DNA of 64,000 nucleotides from positions 62,001 through 126,000 of the forward strand of contig NW_020847187.1 in assembly GCF_003704095.1 (NCBI RefSeq). Direction: 5' to 3'. Below are positions 12,279 through 25,369 of this stretch, piece by piece. The notes beneath the pieces are model-generated. The model ran no database searches. It was not told where the DNA came from and worked only from the letters and a program-made list of their open reading frames with translations. The position numbers were made by a program, and so were the translations under genes. This DNA comes from Pocillopora damicornis. Its lineage: Eukaryota. The first letter of the stretch is position 1. Each line of letters starts with the position of its first letter.

Positions 12279-15200
12279 CCTGTTTTTTTCACATTTGGGC
12301 AACTATAGGATACACAGGAAAAATAAATATGAACACCAACAAATACAAAATTTCCTAGGCAATTATAGCAAAGACTGAACAATTTTCATGCATTTTATAA
12401 ATGGATGTTCTAAGAAAGGGTTGCAGGGCAAAATGAAAGCTAAGCATTAATTAAATTTTCGTGGTATTTCGCGCCATAGTCTTTATTATGAAATTTTAGA
12501 GTACATGTTCTTATTTTGTTTATGCTAACCATAAATGTATATTAGAGTATATTAGCACCAGATCCAATCTTCACATTAGTTTCTTTAGGAAGATGTTTGC
12601 CCTTGGTTGGTGAGAGGTCAACTAATATAGTGTAATATTTTTTTACAACAATAACAGTCAGGTTTTCCCCCTAAACTTTCCAGCATTAGTCAAACAGTCC
12701 GTGACACCGATCAGGACAAAAAATGGATTCATGAAGCAGTCTCTTACCTCAAATAAATCCCGTGTTCTTCATTGTTCAATTCCATTGAGAGGCGCTTTGT
12801 TGAAGTTTACACGATTGAATGTCACATTTGAACACCGCTGCTATCAATCTAGCGATTTTACGGCTCATTTCAAGCCTACGTGCTTTTCGTAAATTTTTGT
12901 CGCTTATTTTTTAAGTTATTCTACTCAGACTTTCGAATTTCCTGATTTTGTTTGGAACGAATAAAGATGAAGCCGATTCGTAAATAGCTTTAGCACTTCA
13001 CCATGAAGGATAAAGGGATATTGGTGTATTATTGATATGAAACTCATGAATATTTAAGATAAACATCGCAGTTCGACCTAGAAGAATTTTCAACTCTCAA
13101 ACAGGGAAGTCCTACTTTTGTCCACACGCTCAACTTTGGGGATATCAAACTCCAACTGTGGTTAGCGAAGCAAAATTTGTACATAACCAATTTTGATGAG
13201 CTTGTGATTCCTTTCTTAAAAACAGACAAGCAGCTGCGATGGCTTGGAATTATACAGACCAGGCGAAGATTCTCATTAGGTTAAATCGACAAGGATTCTA
13301 CGTTAGTAGGGCTTTTTACCAACAGAATGTCTAGTTGAATGAGAATAACTCCCGGAGTCGAAAAAGTATTTGTAATATCACGTTATATCTATTGAAGCTA
13401 ACACCTTCCTTAATGGTCCAAATGCAGATTTGAATGACAGCTCTTGGCACGGCTTGTCCTTCCCTAGACCAAGGGCATATCCCCTCTCAAACTTCCCAAA
13501 ATGCCCTTTGCGTTATTCGTTAGCACGTGCAAACTTCTCAATGTATCTGCAATGAATCTGAAAGAATGGAATAAAAACATAGAATATGCTCAAGAAAGTC
13601 CTCTGAAAAATTTGCTTCGTCAATATTATGCTGTATTTCCGACAATTTCGGCGATGGGATTTGGTGACAATGCCCCCCCCCTCCCACCGTTGTGCCCTGC
13701 TGCTAATGTAGGAGTGACGTGTAGACAACCCACAACGATCCCAGCAAGACGTCTTGGTCCAGGCTCATACGCCACATATCTGCGGAAGAGAGAACGTTTG
13801 CGAAGAAAACCCATATAGTATAACTACAAATTAAATTTTCAGGTGATGAAATTCATCGTGCCTTTTTTAAGGATATAGAATGACCGCAAAAACAAAACGG
13901 AAACTTTTTTATCTAGGCGTGTTCGATATTTTAAAATTTAGGGCAAAACATTCTTTTCTCTGGACATTAAACTAAAGGAGCCTACAACGCCTATTGAGTT
14001 CGTTAACTATGAAATATCATTATAATTTATTTTTATCTTTCGTGAGACCGACTCATCTTCTGGTAAAGTCACATGAAGAGACCAAACCCATTGCACCCAG
14101 GAAGGAAATTGATGGAATACATCCCAGTAGATGATGCTTCCGAACAGGCTTAAGATATTTGTATAATTATAGGGTAAAGAGTCTTCATCATGCTCATATT
14201 TTTCACTGTACACATTATCTATACATCAATACTTGTTACGGTTTATCACTGTCTAAATGTTGCTCTAAATAGAAACTATTTCTTCATAATTTCAATACAC
14301 CGGGCCTTTAGCTTCTTTATAAAAAGAAACTTTTGATTCACGGCGTGTTGATCTTGCTATCGCTTTTAAATCACATCTATTGGACAAAAAGATATGTGTG
14401 AAGCTAAATTTATCTCATGAATGGTGCCAGCCTTCGAAGGTGCAACTCAAAACTTTTTGCTAAGAACGCTTGATGAGAAAAAACATTCATTGTTCGAATA
14501 ATCGTTAGGCATCCTAATGCCTACCAGTTTAACTACCAGAATTTGTTGGAAGTCTGTTAACTGTAAACTCTGGAGCGGATTATAAGTTGCTTATCCTGTA
14601 TGTTTTCCGCCATTCTTACGTGCATATAAGTACATGGATTGCAACTGTTCGCTTATGTAATGGTGTCTAAGAGTTTCTCAATCCGTTTTTCAATGATTGA
14701 TTTGAAGGGGCTCAACAGTGCACAATGGGTGGGTTCAATGCTTCGAGCAGGATCCCACCTGGAATTCCCATCGAGGGTAACCAGGTCCCCACAAACATCA
14801 TTAATTGCCCAAAATTGCCCTTGAATAAGACTCAGTGACATGAAAGGTTGAGGTGACTTTCTCTTGCACTGTTCGCCTGGTCGCAGGCAAATGGAGTTCA
14901 CATTTAATTTTATCTCGACCAATGGTGTGGCATTCTTTTCGTTCCTCTTTGACATCTCTTAAGTGGCGATCACCAGTCAAGCGACGCCAGCTTACCTGTG
15001 GCAAATACTGGTGGCTCTTCCCTGCTCTCATCCTTAGAGAGAGTGAACATTTTTGCAATAAGAACACAAGAAGGCACCAGCATAGGTTAACAGAAAGAAA
15101 AGAACATTTATTGCTATACTGGTAACACAACCCCCTTGTTACTAGGATTTTATTCAGATAAAAAGAATAAAATATTTCTTTACTTTTGGGAGTGAGCACC

Positions 15201-16994
15201 AGAGCATCTGGAGAATTCAAGATAAGAATTTGATTTTTTTTTCACGTCTTGTTGAGTTTTCTACTCGACCAGTTTCGATGAAATATTGACTGCTGCAACC
15301 TGCCGCTTAATTGTGCTCGAGTTGTTTATCTAAACAAAAGGTATACTTGAGAGATTATAGAGACATCGTTTGCAAGGACACATCGTGATATCGACGAGGA
15401 AATATCGTTTCTGATTTTATGTACGTAAGTCATATAATTCATAGATTTTCCTGTTTCATTACGCTTGATCTTGGCTTAATATCTAAGTAGTTGGGGTGTG
15501 ATGTCAATTAGTGTATCATAAACAATTTGGTAGTTATCTTAATTCGTAATAACGATAAACAAAAAGCATCGGTAGACAAAACCATCCATTGGCAAAGCAA
15601 AATAAAAAAAAAATTCGAAAACAAGGCAACTCATTTTTCCGAGAAATGCTTTCTTTTTTCAGAATTACTAGTCGCCAACTTGACGCAGCTGGAATTATAT
15701 GATAACGTTCCAACGCTTCGAAATCAAAGTACCACAGCGGTTGGTTCATAAAGTTTCATTGGTTTTCCCACAAAATCAATTCTCTCGCCAAAGCTAAATT
15801 TCAACTCGAGTCAAAACTTCCAGATAATCAAGTGATATGAAGATTTCGAGAAAGATTAGTGATGTAAATTGCAGGGAAACACGAATAACGCTAATCGTTG
15901 GTTTGATTTATTTATGTCACACTGATCGATTGCGTTGGAATTTTATCAAAGCTTCTCTCAAATCTCTCTGTTTAAGTGCTTTTCATGTTGCCTCTAAATA
16001 CTATTTGAATGTTCTTTCTTTAATGCTAGTTTTCCCCTTGGGAAAGCATGGCTCAAGGGTTTGAAAACGTCAAGATGATTCATGAGTAAATAATGGAAGT
16101 CAAGATAGACGTGAAACCAATATTTTACCTGTAACTATTCGTCACCTGGATTTACTTGAAAAGAACGCTTGAAAAACACGTATTCGATTTGGTTTTATCT
16201 TCTGAGGAGCAAATAGTCTGATTAGCTATAGTAAACTGATTGTCTCATCAGTCCGACAGGGTTTTAAAGGCATGACTGTCGAATCGTAAAAAAGTGTAAA
16301 ACTCTAACTTTTTTTGACCGGTTTCTTTGCCTAGCAGAGCTAAATAAAGGAACTTGGAATAGTCCACACTCATTCTTGGTGTCCTGTAATAACTTACAAA
16401 ACGAATTGGCTATGGAAAGTGAAACCTGAGTATTAAACTGAGTGCGACCACGAGTCATTCATTTATAATACTTTAATATTGTGAGAATTCTCGTTGGGAT
16501 CAGAACACAGGTGAAAAATTTTGACATGGATCAAGATAAATCCTTGGAAGAGTTGAAAGGCGGAAGCTTTTGTTCTCTTAAAGATTGTCATCAATAGTGG
16601 ATTGTACAAAACACAGTGATACAAAATCTGACAATTAAGTGACATTAAACGTTTGTTGTTCATGATATGTCCTCTAAAAATGAATTAGCTTGTGCTGATC
16701 AGATATTACACTATAAGGCGATAAAAACCTGTGTTTGACAACAATGAGGCACTTACGTCAGGAGGTATGAGATAAGTTTCGAGTGAAAGTTAGAAGCAGC
16801 CGTAGTTTAATTTTCTCCTTGTAAGTGTTTTGATTTGAATTATACCGATTCTTAGCTTAAAAGAGAAAAATAGATTAGCAGCCTAAAAAGGTTTGGACAC
16901 CATGATTATAACTATTGAGAATTTCACCCTTAAGGTTTTTTAATCTGGTCATAACATTTGATGTGTGATTCATTTTCAGGTTGATTAGGTGACA

Positions 16995-19329
16995 ATGGAC
17001 TCATTTGGTCCTCTTTATTTATTGTTCCTCTTAGGAATCGTCCTAGGTATTTAATCAACACTTTTTGATTGTGTAGTTGTGTTGTGTAATTGCTTGAGTG
17101 AGGGTAGTCCTCAAAAATAATTTTTCTCGGTGAAACTTAACGTTGATAACAGCCTGCACTTACTGGGACGAACACACCACATGATCGATTGCTACCTCCA
17201 AGCTCAAGCAACAGGCTGACTGATTTTACTTTGCTTGTTTGATTTTTAATGTTAGAATTCTCGTTGTATCTCTAATTCACTTACATTTTGCTAAATACTC
17301 TTGTGGTACGAAAGACTGAAATGTACGTTTTCAAAGTTCAAATTCTGAATTAGGTACTTAAGACTAACTCCGTCTAAAGCTTAGCTTGCTGAAAACCTGA
17401 GACTACCTTCCAGAGACAAAAAATTTTCCATTTCACTGAGAGATGATTTGATTTGAAGTAAACTGCCTATACTCTATCGAACATGGTTAATTCGAGAAAG
17501 GAAGGTACTACCAGGTTTATATTTGCGCTACAGATGTGTCTTATCAGGGGACACATAAGATTGAATCGGAATCAGCAAAATCTGAAGGATCGAAGACCAG
17601 CATGTCGAAGATACATGTAAACTTTCCCCCAAATGGTCGTAATGTGAGCAGGTTTATAATGGTTTTAAAACTTTGTTTAAGTTAGGGTTTTAATCTAGGA
17701 TACATTAAAAAAAACGAGCATAACCTATCCAAAGGATGAGATATCTTTACTTACGGACTCCTCGGTAATTTGACGATCTGGAATCTGACTGAATCTCGTC
17801 TTTTAAATTTAGCTGGACATTGCACGCAGGCGCGCAACTTGAAGATCACAAGAGAGCGAAGATCAGGTAGGAGTGAAACGATAATCCTTGGAGAAGATTA
17901 ATAACAATGTCAAGCACCCTTGAGTTATGATGAATGAATAGAAATGCGCGTTGTGTTAACTATTACAAAGAAAGCAATACGATTTAGAATGAAAAGCCGG
18001 TCAGCTAACAGGTCAATACAACATACAAATTTTGTCAAGTGAGGTTTATACCGAAAAAGAGATGTTCATCTGAATTTGAAAAGAGAGCACAATGCATTCA
18101 AAAAACCATCTCACAGAGATGGCCTCTTTGAGTGATTGTAATCCTTCAGACGGGTTCGAATCCCTGGGTCAGACGGTTTCCATGATTTGTCACTCATAGC
18201 GTTTATGACGTCTGATACAGAAAGATTTGTCTCTGATGTTCTTTAAGGTATTAGCTAAATAAAGTTAAATATTACGGGCATTTCGTGCGATGGCATTCTT
18301 ATTTCACACCAAGGTGAATAAAAAGGTAGACCATTAATTGATGGGAAAAGAAAATCGCTTCAACTCAAAGAGAGATTCGTTGAGAAAAGCTCCCTTTTTC
18401 CTTACAGAAACTGCAAACATTGGAAACCCGCCATGAAAGAGTCTGAAGTACTTTGAAAATAAAATGTTGTTGAAACGCTGATCGGCGGTTTCTAATTCAA
18501 CATTTTCTGTCCGTTTATCTATTTCAGCTCCGTATCAAGTTCAAGTCTCTACGGGTGTTCAGGAAGGAGCGGGGACTGATGCCAACGTGTACTTAACTGT
18601 TTATGGAACCAAAGGAGAGACTATGGAAAAGAAGCTGATAAACACTTTTGAAAACAACTTTGAAAAAGGAAAGTACGTAAATCAATTGTCAGTCGACTGA
18701 TTCCTTGGCTCATATGCCATATTATGAGCGTTATTCAATTACTAGTCAGATCTGCTCCCAGTTAGTCAGTCAGTCAGACAGAAGTACATACATGACAGCC
18801 TATAAATCAAAAGTTCGGAAGTCAGTATTTTATCCACTTAGTAGACCAGTAAGTTATTCCTACATTCCATCATCCTGAGTCAGTGATGCAGTCAGCAAAG
18901 TACATCAGTCTTTCGGTAGGTTAGTTAGTCAGTCAGCCGCGCAATCAGTCGCTAATCTGTCAGTTCGTCGAGAATAATGATAGGAAAGCACATAGTGGTT
19001 ATTTTATATTTGCTACAGCGCTCCACAGATGGAAGCTTTGAGATTATAGCTAATGAAACTTGCATATGATTTAATTTCTCCTGCCAGAGTTGACAACTTT
19101 CAACTGAATTTAATGGACGTGGGCGAGATAAAAAAGATAAAAATAAGGCACGACAACTTTGGATTTATGCCAGAATGGAACCTGGATGGGGTACGTCAAA
19201 TGTTAATTGATAAGGGAACCTTTTGTGAATAGAGAGAAACGAGCACCAAAATAACCGGCAATTTAGAATTTTATCAAATTAACCCAGGTATGTAAGAAAT
19301 AAATCCATAATTTTAAAGACGTGAATAAA

Positions 19330-19362
<33 letters not shown>

Positions 19363-22300
19363 GCAGCGGGAGAGTATAACAGGGTAATTTAGTATTATCA
19401 ACTGAGTTGCTAACGTAAATTGGCCACTTTAAGGAGTTTTAAAGCTGAAGTTTCGAGCATTAGCCCTTCGTCAGAGCGAAATACGTCACTCCTATTAAAA
19501 CGTGAGATTGAGTGAAATGAACCCTTGGAAGTGTCGCTGTTTGAGATGAGCTGCCGGGGAATCGGAAATCGCTAGGTGAAAGCCGTTGAGAAGACAACTA
19601 GGTACGGACCACTTGAGTGGAAGCCACAGGACAGCTGATCAGTTCGCCGGGTGAACCAGTGAAATATCATCATTGATGTGCAGAGAAGCTATTCCCGTGA
19701 AGTTAGCAGGGCACTGAAATATCTTGCAGGAGACTCTAGTAAATCAGTAGCTCTCCAGATGCAGAAGTCTATCTTGACCAGTTCACTTCATTTCGCTTGG
19801 TCGGTCAAGATTCTATGCTGAACAGTGGTTTCACATCTTAAATTCATATATACAGACAATATCAGGAACCTTTTTAGTGCTCTAGTCACAAGGGGCTTTA
19901 TCCCAATTTCATAAGCAAGAATTTTATAAGGTGTACAATATCTTAACAATTAAGGTTTTATTTTATTTTTAGAGTATAAGTTTAGGTCTTCATCATAGGG
20001 TTGGCTACCGCTCACGCCGCCCAACAACCGTGCTTTTGATCTTGGCATCCAGAGGGTTTTTACTGCAATAATGATTATAATAATGGGAATAAAACCCAGG
20101 CCACAGCGGAGGGAGGCAAGTAGTCTCACCACTGCACCATTCCCTCACCTACCATTTTTTCATGCAATTCCTAATTGTCCTTAGTTTTTTTGCAAAAGGT
20201 CAAAATTACTGCGCCTGGGGGACAGGTATATGTGTTCACATGTGACTGTGATTTGAAGCAAGGAGCTTTGTCGAAAGAACTATTTCCTTCTGGACAGGGA
20301 TCAAAACAAGGCGGTAAATATACAAATTATTTTATTTGTTCTCTTCAGCACCACTTCGGTGCTTTCTCCATTTTCATTTTGTTGTTTCATCCCTATTAGT
20401 ATCTATTATTCATCGTACTCTTGTATTTGGTTATCGTTTTCGTCCTGTGCAGCTGTGGTTGGTGGTTTTGTTGGCGTTTTTAAGGACTCTTCCCACTGCT
20501 GGCCGTTTAATGATGCTCAAGCCGACTCATCCCCTGATTTAGTAGGAAACTTCCCAGCTCAGCTTAAGGTACAATGATGGATTAACAGCTTACTTGAAGG
20601 GTGGGATTTGATGTTCAGTATTGTGCCAATTTCGCCTTATCGTGTAAACGAAACCATAGTAATTGCAAAAGCCAATCAGAGCGAAAGATTTTATCCTAAG
20701 GAGCCAATGACAACAAAAAGTAACAATAAACCTGCTTAACGCCTGGGAAAACGTGAGTCACCGAGTCATGATTTGCATTTGAATGGTTGTGAGATTGGCT
20801 ACGTCAAGTATTTGTAGACTATTCGAAAAAGTGCAGTAAAGTTAAACCATTGTGGTCGTGAATGACGACGACTTCAAAAACGAATATTGTTGTGTAGGAA
20901 AGGCATGCACTAATTTATGGTGGTAATTTATGGATCATTTATTATGTTTTGAAGATCCAACCCAGTTTTCACTCTAGATGGTTATAAGCTTGAATTTGTG
21001 TTCACGATATTAATTTCTCTACTGCCACAATGTATACATTAAAATATTTCAAAACCTATCAAAAGTTAGTCATCATGTGCTGTTCGTTATTTCAGTGGTA
21101 TTCTCTCCTTTCATAGGACGGGGCTAGAATAGTAGATTCCGCGGCAAGAGGAAAAGTAGCCTCCACACTTGAACAAAACAGTTGGATTGATCTGGGAAAC
21201 TTTAAGGGTGAGGTTATCACCTGCATGTAATAATGTTGAGCAACACATGCTAAATGCTGTCATAAAGTTGATTCCACTCTTTGGCAATATGCTTCAAATG
21301 TGATTCCTTTATACCATGAAAAACAAGAAATCTGACCATTTTACCAACTTTTCCAAAACTATGATGGTTTTTGTGGGTTTCGCTCTTTGCATGTCTTACA
21401 AACTATCAGTTTGGGAATGGCTGATTACTGAGATAGTGAGGAAAACGTTTTAGAAACCGATTGATTGAATTCAAGATAGTTACATGTGCACAATTTAAGT
21501 CGAAAGTTTTAGATATATTAGGGTGTAAATTGGTAATCAGTTGTTTACGTCACTCAGGGATTCCCCTTTGAATATCTGAAATTTTGAAGTGTTTGATTTC
21601 CTTTTATGGAGACATTGAATAATACAGACCAACTGGCTGATGATACTTTACTTCAGAGCAAAGCTTATACTTCTATATTTGAAATTTGTTCTCAAAGGAA
21701 GATGCATCAGTGACCCATCTTTATGTGCTAATGGAGTTACCATGATTTTCTGGGCAAGAATCGAACAAGCAGCCCTCCTAACCGATCAGCAGCTTCCGAA
21801 ATACGTATTATCCAGTGGAGGGTCAGATCACAGATCCCGAGGATTCTCTTTTTTCCATCAGAACTATCAGTTTGTACTGAGAGTGTCGGCGGCTGAGAAA
21901 GAATGGAGAATTGAGATACCACAAGGACAAATACCGCTAAATTCTTGGTTTTCATTCGCATTTACCTGGAAAAATGGTACTTTCTTAAAATCAAAACCAT
22001 TTTAATATTTAGATTTAATTATTTCTCCGACTAATTAAATAAATGTTGTACAAAATGGATCTAGTTCCGAAGTCCTCTATTTTTTCTTATTTCCTTAATG
22101 AATTACAGAGATTTCTTTTTATGTGGTTCTAAGATGGTGTTGCATGGATCGTTTAAATTTCTGACCTTAAGAATGCAATAAAATTGACCACGAAATAGGT
22201 TATTATCATCGATATCAACAGCAAATTAGGCTGGATTCGAGCCAAATTGAAACCATTGAATTTCTAAAACGAATACAAACACTTCATGTTGGTTGTTAGC

Positions 22301-25300
22301 ATGCTGAGTGCATTCTATAAATTCCTACCGTAAATTTTTTTCTTGTTTTCTTGTAGAGGAGGGACTAAAGTATTACATCAACGGAACAGAGGCTGGTATT
22401 AAACAGATGAGCGAAAGCTTGGGTCAGATAAGAGGAAACGAATTCAACGACTTAAGGATAAGCAAACCCAACCATAACAATCTAGTGCAGGAGATGTTAC
22501 CAATGAAGTTTGACCAGTTTGCTACTTGGAACAGAATTTTGCAACCAGACGAGGTTAACCAGGCTTTTAACCAGGGTATGAAGGGCACACCCGACATTTC
22601 ATCAAAGTTTTTAAATTGTTTTTCGACCATAAAGTGATACTTTCCCATATGATCCTACTTTAGAGATTCCTCATATTACCCTTGTAATAGCTTCCACGAG
22701 TTCAGTATTAATTGAGTAGATCGGTTGATTAGTTTGGGTGTTAAAACAAATTCTTGCTCTCTTAAGAGGAACTGGGATATTGATTTGACTCAACTGGTGT
22801 CACTAGCCCATTCCATCTGTGTTACACACCTCACTGGATGCAACTTAATTGAGTTCGTTTAGCCAGACCTAAAGCATTCACAACGTCCAATGAGAACAAA
22901 TTGCTGGAAGGGAGGGAAATGGCGCTGAGTGGTGACCGAATCAATTTTTCGTTTTCTGTTTGTTTTTATTAATTGAGAGTGCGCCAAAAGCTGTGTTACA
23001 CCAATGAAAACGCAGTGCAATCTAAGATACTTTACACACTGTATGGGTAAAAAGGAACTACCCTAAACTTATAAAAAGCCCAGGGAGAAAATAGCAGGGT
23101 TCAACACGTCAAACTTATTAGCAACACCCTACTTTTATTTGATTGGCAGGTGGTGGGCTTCCTGACAAAGAAGGAAAACCCAACCCTCAAGGTTAGTACA
23201 TTCGTTTAATTGTAATGAACGTACTTGTTGATCGTGTTCTGTTATCGTCTGAAGAGAGTAATCCTGAATGAAAAATACTGTTTCTAAAGAAAGTATGCTG
23301 TTTGTATCACGTGACATTTAGCTTGTGAGCCGAACCCCTGCCTGAATGGAGGAACGTGTAAGACTGATGTTGACTCTCCTGAAGGCTACCGCTGTATTTG
23401 TACTCCGCAATACGCAGGAGTGAAATGCGAAAGTAAGAATTATAATTAATACCGATTTAAATGTTAATTTCTTCACCGAACTGTACGAGTTGATCTTCTG
23501 TCAATTAGACTTATGCCGATAGCTTAATTACTTTTTGTCGATCACTCTAAAAAGTTTTTGTTATTCTTTATTGAAACAGTCAAGGAAGATCAACAGCCAC
23601 AGACTACGCAGGGTAAGAACTCAAAAAGAATTATTTTAATTATAATAATTTAAATATAATTATGGTACAATTCAAATATGTAAGCATTTGAAAGTAGAGG
23701 GGAATCTCTAACGATAGAGTCTCGTAGAATTTTATTTACAAAGCCTAACGGCTTTCCTATCACCAATGTTATCCTGAAGCCCTATTGACATTATCGACAT
23801 TGCTGGCAACCACGTCACTCTTGGACCTAATGTTTTTCACTGTATTTCAGTCCTTTTATTTTGCTGTTTACCCTTGAATGCATTAAGTACAAAGCTTTGG
23901 GCTTGAAAATTGACCAAGTTCACCTTCATTAAAGTAAAAGTTAATTAACAATCAATCGCAGCAGGTACCACTATTGCATCTAGCACTGGTGCTACTGCTA
24001 GCGGGGCATCCACCACTGCAAGCCCCACCAGCAGTACTTTTACCACCGGAGCATCTGGAGGAACCACACGCAAAACAGGCAGCACCGCCAAATCTACAAG
24101 TGGTTCTTCTACACCACTTACAGGCACCGGTTCAAAAGGCACCACTGCAAAACCTACAGGCAGCACTGCAGGAGCAACAGGGGGAACCACACGCAAAGCA
24201 GGTACCACTGCGAAATCTACAAGTGGTGCCTCTACTAGTAGAACTTCTAGCACTGGATCATCTGGAGGAACCACTCGCAAAGCAGGCACCACTGCAAAAC
24301 CTACAAGCGGTGCCTCTACTAGTAGTGCTTCTACCCCTGGATCATCTGGAGGAACCACTCGCAAAGCAGGCACCTCTGCAAAACCTACAAGTGGTACTTC
24401 TATCACAGGAGCAACCGCTACTGCAACACCCACCATTTCATCCGCTGCCTCAACAGGTGCCACAGGCCCATCTGCTGGATCTACAACAGGTAAATCCACT
24501 TCTACCACAGATAAACCAATTATGGATATTCGTCGTTCAACGTCCCTCACAACAAACAAAGGAAATCTCACTGACTGTAGCGACGACTTTGAACGTTTCC
24601 AGAAAAACGCATGGACTCGACTTCAATCTTACAACAAGAACCTGACTCAAGACAAAATGCTATATTCAGAATAAGACAAACATGTAATTTACATGATTGA
24701 AATTGACAGTTTTAACCCCTTAACTTCCGTGAGTGACCAAGAAAGAATTTCTTTGGACATGCAATATTAACAGACAAGTGATAAAAATAAAGAAAAATAT
24801 CAATTAGGGGATTATTAGTTGATCCAAAACCAAATTCTCCTAAATAAGCTTAAGAATTATATGGCAGAAAGTAAGGAGAATTACGAATGAGATCTGAGTG
24901 AAAGGGTCAATCAGTTATGAGATTAGATGGAAACACAAGAGTAGAGGCTGACATCTCTCTTTGACGCCAACAGTTTATGTTAGTGTGACATAATGACAAC
25001 TACTCTAATGGAAACATTATATTACAGGCTGCCGTAGGCTCTTTTTCAGGTGCTGTCTTATGATTCGCATCCGTTGTAAGCAAAGAAATATTATGGTGTT
25101 ATTTTGTTTTTTCGCTGTAACATTTTAATTACTTAAATTAACCATATCGAATTCACAATCAAATAAATAAACGAATGAATAATTAGATGAATTCATGAAG
25201 ATTAACGTATGAATAAAGAAATATATAAATAAACTAGATATTAAAACCCGGTTATTTTACGGAGTTAGAGAACATTCTGAAATCGAACATTGTTACTTTT

Positions 25301-25318
25301 ATATCAGTTGGTTCTTAT

Positions 25319-25369
<51 letters not shown>

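Noticed and set aside
13501-13818. 105-aa ORF with a basic end between genes A and B
   Set aside because: No signal exon, recognisable domain or convincing splice partner
14639-15220. Overlapping ORFs on both strands
   Set aside because: No recognisable motif; possibly a decayed repeat, cannot be assigned
17534-17651. Possible extra exon in gene B
   Set aside because: Open in phase 1, but its best donor is phase 2, incompatible with the next exon; skipping it gives a clean SP plus RERR propeptide
23945-24645. ORF-track proteins of 208 aa (minus) and 223 aa (plus)
   Set aside because: Shadow frames of the Thr/Ser/Gly-rich exon; splice phases select the third plus frame
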